A stretch of DNA of 63,507 bases, the filler included, from Barthelona sp. PAP020 (Eukaryota): NCBI GenBank assembly GCA_040182905.1. It is 19 parts of 19 records of this genome, joined end to end, with 100 filler letters (N's around TTAATTAATTAA, not from the genome) between each part and the next. Parts side by side here need not be neighbours in the genome. Positions count along the whole stretch, not along the records: positions 1 to 3,402 come from JARQWU010000746.1; positions 3,503 to 6,901 come from JARQWU010000747.1; positions 7,002 to 10,370 come from JARQWU010000748.1; 16 more parts are not named here. The stretch is one strand, 5' to 3'. The translations under genes were made by a program, and so were the position numbers. The notes beneath the pieces were generated by a model. That model had not been told where the DNA came from. It worked only from the letters and a program-made list of their open reading frames with translations, and ran no database searches. Below are positions 1-9,589 of the stretch, one piece after another. Each line of letters opens with the position of its first letter. Position 1 is the stretch's first letter.

Positions 1-98
1 ACAGCCAGGATTCAAATTCAAGGCTTTCCCAACTACTCATTTCAATAACACACCGTATATAAAAGCTTTCGTATACCTTTTCTTGTACCTAACGTGAA
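1..98 (-). repeat. tRNA-downstream repeat, family B end (identical copy at 7002-7099)
   Basis: First 98 nt of contig 1 match the first 98 nt of contig 3; both run into the contig end and lie 3' of a minus-strand tRNA gene. Confidence 0.9.
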
Positions 99-193
99 AT
101 TTTGCCCTTTCGTCTAACATGAATTGTCTTTCTCTTTTGAAATTGTGGAGTTTTGAAAACTCGATCCTCATGACATTTTCTTCTGAACAAAAA

Positions 194-265
194 TGCCTCG
201 CCCGAGAATCGAACTCGGCTTTCCACATTATGAGTGTAGCGTCCTAACCGCTAGACTAGCAAGGC
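194..265 (-). tRNA. tRNA-Met(CAT), elongator type
   Basis: Acceptor GCCTTGC/GCGAGGC, anticodon arm CTACA-CTCATAA-TGTGG, T arm CCGAG-TTCGATT-CTCGG, discriminator A, followed by T5; no A1-U72 pair or GATC T-loop, so not initiator. Confidence 0.95.
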
Positions 266-477
266 TTTGAAAGTAAAAAAAAATCATCTTTTGAACTTTG
301 CCAGTTCCAAATGTGTTTGACTTTGAAATCATTCTTTTCAAGAATCAAAATAAAAAATTACAAAACAACAAAAATTTGTGGAAATTTGGTGCTGCTTTAC
401 AACAATTGGAATTATTTGAAGAGAAAATAGACTTAAAAACTCATTCAAGTTAATTTTATCAAAGTATTATTAGATAT

Positions 478-655
478 TTATTAGATATTTATGAGGTATG
501 AGTTGTTCAGTGAACAACAAAACGAGTTAGCTTAAGGTTTGGGAAAAAACTAACGTGGATTCAGATGCCCAAGTAACTTAAAAAATTCGACCTAAAGGTG
601 GTCAAGAAACAACCAATAAAGGAAGTGATATTTGATGACCTCTTTATATCTTCAA
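478..655 (-). repeat. Dispersed repeat R2 (~178 bp); inverted copy at 57294-57470
   Basis: Near-identical reverse complement of 57294-57470 by visual alignment. Confidence 0.85.
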
Positions 656-695
656 TAAATTCCGTTCATTGAGCATGAACTTCCACATTAATTTT

Positions 696-1018
696 TTGGT
701 CCAGTTGTGAAACAACTATATTCATTTACAAAGAAAGTAAACTCAGAAAACTCATTCTAGCAAGTTTCAGTCATAATCCCAGGAGGGACATTGAGGGACT
801 TGAAATGTAATTTTAACGATCAAGCAGGAGAATTTTAGAGAAATTCTTCATTCCTATTTTTTTGTATTTTTGCAAAAGCAAAATTTTAAAGTTTAAACTT
901 TACCTTAGAAAATCCAAAGTTTTTCAACAGATTAATCGGGCCTCGAAAGCCTTTAACCAAATAAACACTATTCTTTCTTATTCACTCATACGCACAGTGC
1001 TTCTTGGCTTGGAAATAA
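696..1018 (+). mobile_element. Dispersed non-coding repeat R1 (~323 bp), full-length copy; likely non-autonomous element
   Basis: Ends TTGGTCCAGTTGTGAAACAACT...CTTCTTGGCTTGGAAATAA recur in about 10 places in the window. Confidence 0.8.
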
Positions 1019-1432
1019 ATTTGGAATTGAAAATATCAAAATTTCAGCATATCAATCAGATCTTCGAAGCGCTGTTCTTTCCTATTCACTCATAGACACA
1101 TTACTCCTTGACTTGGTAATTGTAGCAAATTTTTTCAGAAAGTCAAAATAAAAAAGAAATTTCCATTGAAAAAGTCCTCAAGCATTCATCTAAATAATCC
1201 AATTATTTGAAACTTTAACATATATAAAGGCATTTTAACCACTGAATCTCCTCTTTTCTTGCTATTTAGTATGTTTTATTCAAAATCTTTATTCTATCAT
1301 TTATACATTATTTCTTTCTTTTATAATATTTTACGATTTAAAGATTTCTTTTTCTCCCATTAATTTCTTGAAATAATGGATTATGAATTGTTAAAATATT
1401 TTTTGAAGTGAAGTTTTATTCTTTTTTATTGA

Positions 1433-2815
1433 ATGGATACTGTTTTTATTCAGTTTAAAACTGAAGAAGGAGAATTAACGGGTCCACCAATTCAGGTGTC
1501 GAAAGAATCTGGTGTTGAAACTTTGAATGAAATTGTGAATGATCTTCTCCAAAATGAAGAGAGAATTCCTTATCAATTTTTGGTTGAAAGTTTTCACATT
1601 ACAGAATATTTAAGTGATACATTAATTGAGAATAGAATTTCAATGGAGAAAACAGTCGAAATTATATATCGTCCTGAGGCTATTTTTAGAGTAAGACCAG
1701 TGAGCAGATGTACTTCAACAATAGCTGCGCATACTGCACCCGTTCTTTGTTTATCTTGGTCCCCTGATTGCAGATATTTTGCCAGTGGTTCATCTGATAA
1801 CATAATACGAATTTGGGATTCCTTAACACAATTACCAATTGCCACTTTAGAAGGTCATGGTGATAATGTTCTATGTTTGTCATGGTCTCCAGATGGCAAT
1901 TCTTTGATATCTGGAGGTAAAGATGGCTCTATTATGCTTTGGACTGCACCTCAAAGTAAAATAAATGCCAATAAACGTACTGGACGTGTTTTGAGAAGTC
2001 ATACAAGATGGGTCACAGCTCTTGCTTGGGAGCCCTTTCATCTATGGCAAAATGATGGTCGATTTGTGTCTGCTTGTAAGGATGGTTCCATTCGTATTTG
2101 GAATTCAACAGGTTCAGTCCTTCAAACAATTAGTGCCCACAGGTTTGCTGTTACATGTGTCATTTGGGGAGGTGATGGGCAAATATATACCGCCTCTGAA
2201 GATTGTTCAATAAAAATTTGGTCGAGTGATGGTAGACCCTTGCGTAGTCTTTCAACACATGGTCATTGGGTTAATTATTTGTCTTTGTCTACAGATCATG
2301 TTACGAGGTTAGGTTCATTTTCTGAATATGGACAAAAAGATAACAATGCTTTGGAAAGATATCAAGAATGTGCGAAGAATGGTGTAAGATTGGTTTCTTG
2401 TTCTGATGATAAGACAGCTCTTTTATGGGATGTCAACAAAACCAATCCTATTAAAGAATTAGTTGGGCATCAACAAGTTGTGTCTCAAGCCAAATTTTCA
2501 CCTGATGGGAGATATATTGCAACTGTATCGTTCGATAAAAGTGTTCGTCTTTGGGATGGAATCACAGGGAATTTTATTGCTCGATTAAGAGGACATGTTG
2601 GTAGTGTTTATACATTGGCTTGGTCTGCAGATTCTAGATTATTTGTCACTGCATCAAAAGATTCCACAGTCAAAGTTTGGAATGTGAGAAAACGAGAAAT
2701 GATTTTTGATTTACCAGGTCATATTGATGAAGTTTTTGCTGTTGATTGGGCTCCTAACGGCAGTGCTGTTATTTCTGGAGGTAAAGATAGAACTGTTAAG
2801 GTGTGGAAGGCTTGA
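1433..2815 (+). CDS. NLE1: Notchless/Rsa4 WD40 60S assembly factor
   Basis: N-terminal NLE domain (IQFKTEEGELTG...IIYRPEAIFRVRPVSRC) plus WD40 repeats ending DLPGHIDEVFAVDW. Confidence 0.95.
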   Translation: MDTVFIQFKTEEGELTGPPIQVSKESGVETLNEIVNDLLQNEERIPYQFLVESFHITEYLSDTLIENRISMEKTVEIIYRPEAIFRVRPVSRCTSTIAAHTAPVLCLSWSPDCRYFASGSSDNIIRIWDSLTQLPIATLEGHGDNVLCLSWSPDGNSLISGGKDGSIMLWTAPQSKINANKRTGRVLRSHTRWVTALAWEPFHLWQNDGRFVSACKDGSIRIWNSTGSVLQTISAHRFAVTCVIWGGDGQIYTASEDCSIKIWSSDGRPLRSLSTHGHWVNYLSLSTDHVTRLGSFSEYGQKDNNALERYQECAKNGVRLVSCSDDKTALLWDVNKTNPIKELVGHQQVVSQAKFSPDGRYIATVSFDKSVRLWDGITGNFIARLRGHVGSVYTLAWSADSRLFVTASKDSTVKVWNVRKREMIFDLPGHIDEVFAVDWAPNGSAVISGGKDRTVKVWKA

Positions 2816-3402
2816 CCTTTTCCATTGCGGCTTAATAAATTTGAAACAATCTTTTTTTATTCTTATTTTTGTTGATTTTTGTTATTTTGTCATATTTTTT
2901 TTGATAGTTTTTCATTTTTATATTCTAATAGATGAATATCAATGAAATTGACCCTGAAGTTTTTGAATTGTGGTCCGAATATCAAGAACTCAAAAATCAA
3001 GTTGCTGATTTATCTAGATTGATTCTACAACTTACAAACAGAATTTACACCGCCAAACAAAATAATTCATGAATATCCGATTATTTTCTTTTTCATTTAT
3101 TTGTTTTACTGCTTGATTATTGCCTTTTTATTGAATAATTGACCTTTCTTTTGTTTTTTTGTGTTTTGTTCATTATTTGTTTTATTTTCAAATAATTTTT
3201 TAAAATAAAGGATTTACGTGATTGTTTCTTTTTTGTTTTCAAATTTTTTTTGTTGAAAGCAACCAAAATGGTGGGGGAATCAAAAAATGTTGTTTGAGAA
3301 TTATTTTTCTTAAATGACTGCGAATCCTTATTCATCATACCCTGAATTTGATGATTTTGAATGCTATCATCTACCTACGGATGTTATTACAGGATTTACG
3401 GA

Positions 3403-3502
3403 NNNNNNNNNNNNNNNNNNNNNNNNNNNNNNNNNNNNNNNNNNNNTTAATTAATTAANNNNNNNNNNNNNNNNNNNNNNNNNNNNNNNNNNNNNNNNNN
3501 NN
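3403..3502. other. Artificial contig linker (44N-TTAATTAATTAA-44N); repeated at 6902, 10371, 13834, 17295, 20748, 24115, 27477, 30833, 34179, 37504, 40821, 44129, 47383, 50626, 53864, 57098, 60313
   Basis: Identical 100-bp unit with stops in all six frames; contig lengths decrease monotonically. Confidence 0.99.
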
Positions 3503-3503
3503 T

Positions 3504-3677
3504 GCCCAAAAGGGTGGTCTTGGTGCTACACTCTATAAATCTGTTGAAGATTTTGCCAAGATGAAGGGTGCCAAAAAGCTTTTTGGTCAAGTTTCTGCTG
3601 ACAATGAAAGTGGTTGTAAGTTTGTTGAGAAAAGAGGTTTCACAATTCACGAATCTGTTTGTGAAAAGGATCTTTAA
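3504..3677 (+). CDS. GNAT acetyltransferase, C-terminal fragment (5'-truncated)
   Basis: AQKGGLGATLY (acetyl-CoA motif Q/RxxGxG) ... NESGCKFVEKRGF; not in ORF track because it lacks a start. Confidence 0.75.
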   Translation, partial: AQKGGLGATLYKSVEDFAKMKGAKKLFGQVSADNESGCKFVEKRGFTIHESVCEKDL

Positions 3678-3828
3678 GTTAATTTATTGAAAATAAACTA
3701 TCAGTTGTGTTTTTTTTTGTTTTTTGGCTGTGTTAAGAACACGGGTTTTTTTTTTGTTCTTTCTTTCTCCTTCTTCCCAGTTTTTTAATTTTCATTCTTT
3801 TTTTTTTGTATGCATATAATTTATTACA

Positions 3829-4503
3829 ATGAATTATCAACGCTTAACTGAAGTCTCTGATCAAATTGAAACTGCTTATTCAAGGTTCTCTGCAAAAATT
3901 GAAGCCCATATGGATTCAAAAGCAGTTAAAGATTATCAATTATTGATTAATTTATTTAAAGAATACGATAACCATGCGAATCAGCTTAAAAGGTCTTCTT
4001 TAACTTTACCAATTGGTGTTCAAAACCAATTATTGAGAATGGGACAAATTCAACAATCTTTACAAAATTGGCAAGTACCAAATGAGTTTGTAATAATAAA
4101 TCCCATGTCTAATGGGTATAATATGCATCGAAATACCAATTCTGATATTGATCCTGCTCAAATTCAAATTCAAGAGAGAGAAACTGAAGAATTAACTGCA
4201 AAAGCTGATTATATAAGACAAAAAAATGAAAAACTTGCCCGTATTGCAGATAAAACCAACAGAATTAGACATATGACTCAACTTACCAATTCAATGATTA
4301 TTGATCAAGAAGAACAATTGGATACTATTGATGACCATGTAGATACCACTTTACATGAAACTACAGCTGCTGCTGAGCAATTTGAGAAGGCTAATGAATT
4401 GAACAAAAAAAATAGAAACACAATGTGCATCATTTTATTGATCATATTGGCAGTTTGTTTGGCTTTAGTGCTTTTTTATGTTTTAAAGGGGATTGTTTTC
4501 TAA
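3829..4503 (+). CDS. Syntaxin-like t-SNARE
   Basis: SNARE coil with DQEEQLDTIDDHV zero-layer Q and C-terminal transmembrane anchor. Confidence 0.85.
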   Translation: MNYQRLTEVSDQIETAYSRFSAKIEAHMDSKAVKDYQLLINLFKEYDNHANQLKRSSLTLPIGVQNQLLRMGQIQQSLQNWQVPNEFVIINPMSNGYNMHRNTNSDIDPAQIQIQERETEELTAKADYIRQKNEKLARIADKTNRIRHMTQLTNSMIIDQEEQLDTIDDHVDTTLHETTAAAEQFEKANELNKKNRNTMCIILLIILAVCLALVLFYVLKGIVF

Positions 4504-4787
4504 CCTTTTAATTGATTTGTAGATAAATTTAGTTTTTTGTTATTTTCCTTTTTAATTAACTTATTATTGATCATTAGATATAATTGGATCAGTTTATTTC
4601 AATATAAAAACATCTGTTTTGGGCACTTCTTTTCTTCTTTTGATAAAAGTATTCATCAAATTCAAATATGCCTTAGTTATTGATAACAACTATTATTGTT
4701 TTATTTTTTCAAGTTGGAATTCCATTTACGTTTTTTGTTTTTTCTTGATCCAAATTTGATTTTTTTTTTGAAAAGAGAATATGTGAA

Positions 4788-6779
4788 ATGAATTCCCCAT
4801 TTCACAATGAACTTTTTGATAATAATGGAATTGATGAAAGAAGAATATTAACTGATTTATTTAAATTGATACAGTACAGTTGTTCTGTTGATCCGATTGT
4901 TGAAAACACTGTTTTTGAATATAATATTAATAATTTTTTGGAGAGTATTGAACCTCTTAAAGAGAAATTTGATTATTTTAAAATTTTAAATGGTTTAGAG
5001 GCAATAAACCGTCAATCAATCAATTGTTTTGATCTTTCCAATATCAAACTTTTTAATGAATATGATATTGGTCATAGGTTAACAAAAGAAATCATTTCAA
5101 AAAGGCCAGTTTATCAAGGCAATTCAGAGTCTTTTTTGAAGACTATCGACATTGACTTGACTGAATTGAGAGAGATGTATGAAAAATTTGATAGTTTTGA
5201 GACGAATAGAGATTTTGTGTATGTGTTTGAAGAAGAGTCCTTGTTTGCGATTAAGGATGCTCTAGCACGGGAGAAGTGTCTTGCTGTTCATTGTTTTGAA
5301 GATACCAGATCAAGTTATGATGGGATTGTTTGTTTGATAGCAATAGTTACTTCCACAAACAATTATCTCATTGACACTTTACTTTTGTACGATCACATAC
5401 ATTCTACATTTGCTGATATCTTTTCGGATTCTTCAAAAGTCAAGATTCTTCACAATTCTATGTATCAAAACAAAATTTTGCTGAGGGATTTTAATTTGAC
5501 CATTTGTACATGTTGGGATATTGGTTTGGCTAAAGGCACATTTGGAAATGGATATCCTTCGTTGTCTTATTTAGTCCAAAAATGTTTTAAACTTTCTAAA
5601 CCTATCACCAATTTATTTGTTGATTATCGCAGTCGACCCATCTCTTCAAACTTTTTGATGGATATAATGCAGAGCATTCCGTTGATTTTTTTGATTTTTG
5701 TTGAGCAAATCAAAACCATGTCCAAAGATGAGATGTACAATCTGTTGTTTATTAGAAAGATGGAAACTGTTTACAAAAGAAGAAATATTACCAAAACGTT
5801 TTTGCTAAAAAAGTTGCCTGCAAACTTTTCACCAGGAAAGAAATATTTGTTTTGTTTATTATGGGTTAACAGAGAAAGATATGCTATTGAATCAAATATA
5901 TCTCCATACTTTTTGATGACTGATTTGGAAATTTTTCAATTTTGTGAAAATTTGAACTTTTTACATCAAAGTCAAGTGCCTTTATTATGTATTCAAATGG
6001 AAAACGAATTAAATCGTATACTTCCACAAATAAACGTTGTTATAGAAGAACAATTTCAGAACTGGCTAAATAATTTTGATGTTTTGGATGATGACGAGTT
6101 TTCGTTTCAATCATTTGAAGCATCTCAAAGTAATCGGAATCAAGGTGAAAGAAGTGCCACATATTCACATCTGAGGATTGATCAAATATTGACCGCAAAT
6201 CTCTCATTGTATCCCGCTCCTGTGTATTTTGCAGAAGGGTTTTCATATTTTTTTTTGAATTTGCTGGACTTTTTTGAATCCATTCTCTTTGCTGAAAATC
6301 ATTTCCATTCTCACAATAGTTTGATTACATTTCAGATGTTTAAGAATTTGAAAACAAATATTGCACAAATAGTCAATTGTCTAGACTTGTTTGGCAGTTC
6401 CAATCTCTCCATTTCTTCAAATTTACCTTTTACTGTGCGAGATATTTATTATCAGTATTCACAAGTGAAGAAACCAAAAATGAAATCTACTTCTGTTATT
6501 GATGAGCCAATTGAAAAATTTAAAGCTGCTAAAGCTTTGGATATTATGGAGGAGTTAAAATGGGAAATTCCGGAAGATTTTTTGGCGAAAACTGAAAATG
6601 TTGAGCAAGAGTCAGATTTAGGGATATTTGATGGATTGAAAGATACATCTCAAACATCTCAAGGACCTCAAGTTTTTCAAGCATTCCAATCGTCTCAATC
6701 TAAAAATAAATTTAGGAAATCATCACGCAATAAACCAACTTTTGTTTCGAAGAAGAAATATGTTGTGAGGAAAAAGTAA
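4788..6779 (+). CDS. RRP6: Rrp6/EXOSC10-like exonuclease-fold protein with HRDC, catalytic residues degenerate
   Basis: RSSYDGIVCLIAI..NYLIDTL, FSDSSKVKILH, DYRSRP and HRDC-like RERYAIESNISPYFLM match Rrp6. Confidence 0.75.
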   Translation: MNSPFHNELFDNNGIDERRILTDLFKLIQYSCSVDPIVENTVFEYNINNFLESIEPLKEKFDYFKILNGLEAINRQSINCFDLSNIKLFNEYDIGHRLTKEIISKRPVYQGNSESFLKTIDIDLTELREMYEKFDSFETNRDFVYVFEEESLFAIKDALAREKCLAVHCFEDTRSSYDGIVCLIAIVTSTNNYLIDTLLLYDHIHSTFADIFSDSSKVKILHNSMYQNKILLRDFNLTICTCWDIGLAKGTFGNGYPSLSYLVQKCFKLSKPITNLFVDYRSRPISSNFLMDIMQSIPLIFLIFVEQIKTMSKDEMYNLLFIRKMETVYKRRNITKTFLLKKLPANFSPGKKYLFCLLWVNRERYAIESNISPYFLMTDLEIFQFCENLNFLHQSQVPLLCIQMENELNRILPQINVVIEEQFQNWLNNFDVLDDDEFSFQSFEASQSNRNQGERSATYSHLRIDQILTANLSLYPAPVYFAEGFSYFFLNLLDFFESILFAENHFHSHNSLITFQMFKNLKTNIAQIVNCLDLFGSSNLSISSNLPFTVRDIYYQYSQVKKPKMKSTSVIDEPIEKFKAAKALDIMEELKWEIPEDFLAKTENVEQESDLGIFDGLKDTSQTSQGPQVFQAFQSSQSKNKFRKSSRNKPTFVSKKKYVVRKK

Positions 6780-7001
6780 ATTGAGGTGAAGAAATACCTA
6801 ATGTAAATTAGTTAATTAGTTTTTTTTTTAAATATTTAAGTCGTTTTTTTTGCACATAGATCTTATTGATTCCAATTAAAAAAAAAAAACAAAAAGAGAA
6901 ANNNNNNNNNNNNNNNNNNNNNNNNNNNNNNNNNNNNNNNNNNNNTTAATTAATTAANNNNNNNNNNNNNNNNNNNNNNNNNNNNNNNNNNNNNNNNNNN
7001 N

Positions 7002-7101
7002 ACAGCCAGGATTCAAATTCAAGGCTTTCCCAACTACTCATTTCAATAACACACCGTATATAAAAGCTTTCGTATACCTTTTCTTGTACCTAACGTGAAT
7101 T
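7002..7101 (-). repeat. tRNA-downstream repeat, family B end
   Basis: Identical to 1-98; begins AATTCACGTTAGGTACAAG on minus strand. Confidence 0.9.
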
Positions 7102-7173
7102 ATTATTGTCGTGTGAATAAGCCTTTATAAACAGCTAAACAAATACGGTTGTGGTTTAGTGACAGAAAAAAGA

Positions 7174-7278
7174 AGCCAACACTTCGAATTGCACGAAGAC
7201 CTCTCAAATAATTTGAACTCAACAACCCTTATGTATCTTCAACAACGGTGAGAGTGCTACTAATTACACCACATTGGC
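7174..7278 (-). tRNA. tRNA or tRNA-like gene with ~35-nt insertion in anticodon arm; specificity uncertain (GTT Asn or TTG Gln reading)
   Basis: Acceptor GCCAATG/TGTTGGC, D arm GTGT-AATTAGTA-GCAC, stem TCTCA/TGAGA, T arm CTTCG-TGCAATT-CGAAG, downstream T6. Confidence 0.7.
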
Positions 7279-7407
7279 AAAAAACAAGGTTCTGTCTTTT
7301 GTTTGCCAAATTGGAAATGAAAAATAATTTATTTTATGGAAATTTTCTTCGCACCCATATTTTTGGTTTCTTTTTAAAATGAAATTTTTCATTGAAAAAA
7401 AAAGATT

Positions 7408-8121
7408 TCAATCGTCAATTTCAAATTTATTGTCAATATAAGTCATCAAAAATTGAGTGGTCAATTCACGTATCGTATCACAACATTTATAGCCATGTTC
7501 AACCATGAATTCAATCATATGTTGAGCACATCTGCCCTTTTGTTTGAATGCTACTAAACCCTTTCTATTTGTGACTAAAATTACTGAAGGACCTGCCATT
7601 TGCTCTTCAAATGTAATATCATACAAGAACATCAATTGCCCAGTAATACATGCAACAGTGCATGCAATAGGCAAATCAAAAATTGGAAGTCCTGCATCAA
7701 TTAAAGAACAAACACATGCATTAAATGCTACAGCTAACTCACCCCCATCCGCTTGTAAAATATCAACATCAAAAACAAATCTCATATTGGTCTGTTTTTC
7801 ATTTAATATGATGGATTCAAGCATATCTTGCAACCAGATACCTAGTTCTGATGATTCTCGTGATTTATTATGAGACAATAATGGATCTGGTGTTGCAAAT
7901 CTCGCAATAGAAGCATTGACTTCAACAATAGCTTTTTGATCAACATTTAAATCATTTCTCTTATTCATCAATAAAACAGAACGAACACAAGTTGCACCAA
8001 GAGCCATTTCACAAGATCCATGAGCTTTTGGAACAATACCCATATGAATGTCTAATTTTCTAATTTCGTTTGGTTTTCTTCCATCAAAACGATAATTTCC
8101 TGGATCTAAAAATTCTCTCAT
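7408..8121 (-). CDS. RRP41: Exosome RNase PH-like subunit Rrp41
   Basis: MREFLDPGNYRFDGRKPNEIR, GSCEMALGAT, ILQADGG, LIDAGLP motifs; first ATG at 8121. Confidence 0.85.
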   Translation of the reverse strand: MREFLDPGNYRFDGRKPNEIRKLDIHMGIVPKAHGSCEMALGATCVRSVLLMNKRNDLNVDQKAIVEVNASIARFATPDPLLSHNKSRESSELGIWLQDMLESIILNEKQTNMRFVFDVDILQADGGELAVAFNACVCSLIDAGLPIFDLPIACTVACITGQLMFLYDITFEEQMAGPSVILVTNRKGLVAFKQKGRCAQHMIEFMVEHGYKCCDTIRELTTQFLMTYIDNKFEIDD

Positions 8122-8282
8122 TGGAATAATCAAAAAAAAAACGACTGTCTCATTTCAAAGAACTCATGATCATTTCAATAAATCCTGAAAATCAACAAAT
8201 TTCAATATTTATTATTCAATATTTCCAATAAATAATCAAAATAAAAAAACAACTGAACTAAAATGTGTGAAAAATTGGTTAT

Positions 8283-8918
8283 TTACTTTACAGGTGGTGA
8301 CCTTGGTGGATATGGAGGGGGAAAATAAGCTCCAGGATAAATATATGGTGTCATTGCAACAGGTGCAGTGGAATTAACATTATGAGCAATCAAGCTTTTT
8401 TGTTTTGGTTTGGGTTTGGGACCAGCTTTTAATATTATATATGTGACAAAAAATACAGAAAAAACAATGGAAAGAAGTATTATGATTGATCTATAAGACA
8501 AAGATGATAGGAAACTGTCTAATATTTCTCCAATCAATTGCATTTGAATTCTAGAATTGCCTCCAACACTTGTTCTTTCCATACAAATTTTCCAAGCTGC
8601 ACACTTTTGAGCAAATTCTTGATCAGGTAAATTTTTATCACATTGATTATCTTGAAAACGTTTTTCACAATCACCTTTGTTCAAAGACAACAACATTTCA
8701 TTTTGTTCATTTGCAGCTTCAATATCCTTTTTAAAAGAAAAAACTAGACTAGAAATAATCCAAACTATTATCCCAGCTAAAATAACTCGTAAAAATAAAC
8801 TCATATATGCCGATATTGTTTCAATATTATTCAAATGTTCTTCAACTGCATTATCTCCTGATAAAGCAGGAGCAAAATCTTCTATATCACTTGATATGTT
8901 GTCAAGTGCAACAGTCAT
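8283..8918 (-). CDS. BRR6: Brr6/Brl1-family nuclear envelope protein
   Basis: Two TM helices flanking four-Cys luminal motif CEKRFQDNQC...CAAWKICM. Confidence 0.85.
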   Translation of the reverse strand: MTVALDNISSDIEDFAPALSGDNAVEEHLNNIETISAYMSLFLRVILAGIIVWIISSLVFSFKKDIEAANEQNEMLLSLNKGDCEKRFQDNQCDKNLPDQEFAQKCAAWKICMERTSVGGNSRIQMQLIGEILDSFLSSLSYRSIIILLSIVFSVFFVTYIILKAGPKPKPKQKSLIAHNVNSTAPVAMTPYIYPGAYFPPPYPPRSPPVK

Positions 8919-9589
8919 AGCTTTGATGATTGAAAAAATAAATTAAGGAAAAATTTTTTTGCAATGACAAGTTACTTGTCTATTGGATACAACTATTTCG
9001 TTGAATAATGCTATAATAAAGCAATTGAACATTGTTCTATTGAAATTGTAACTTGTGAAACTCGTGTGTTCTTTTTGGGTACAGCTTTCATTCAACGATA
9101 CTTTCATAATACTGCAAAAGCACAGGAAGATTTTTAAAAGGTGAATGAATTGAATCTTGAACTTGAGTCATCATATCCTTTTCTTTTGAAATTGCAAAGC
9201 AAAATATTGAAAATCCCATGTTTTATCAAATACTTAAGTTTAACCACCACAAAAATCTCGCCCAACCCAAGATTCTATTTGTTATGATTTGTACCAATCA
9301 AAAATTACTACAATGAATATTTATTTTTGTATCAAAATTGAGAGCAATGATAACATTTGAATCAAGTTTTGTAAGATTAAAATTCATTTTCAGTTATGAA
9401 GCTAAATACATTGAAATTTGTTTGATTTTGATGGTTCTTCAAAATCCAAATATTAAATTTTATGAAAAGAAAGGAAAAAGGCTCAAAAAGCAGTGATAAA
9501 ACCCTACAAATAAAACAATGGTACTGTCTTCTGATTGGGCTGAAGTAAAATTGTTTGAAACAAAAAAGATATTTTCGGTAATTTTTGAT

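Noticed and set aside
862..1095. ORF shared with 57482-57766 (FCKSKILKFK...)
   Set aside because: Chance frames inside repeat R1; starts and ends not conserved between copies
2932..3072. 46-aa ORF MNINEIDPEVFELWSEYQELKNQ
   Set aside because: Looks coding but has no recognisable motif or other support
3403..3502. Regularly spaced TTAATTAATTAA palindrome within N runs
   Set aside because: Assembly linker; ORFs ending in X...LIN and any cross-contig synteny are artefacts
8964..9180. TPR-like coding relic
   Set aside because: Fragmented by stops; similarity too weak to call
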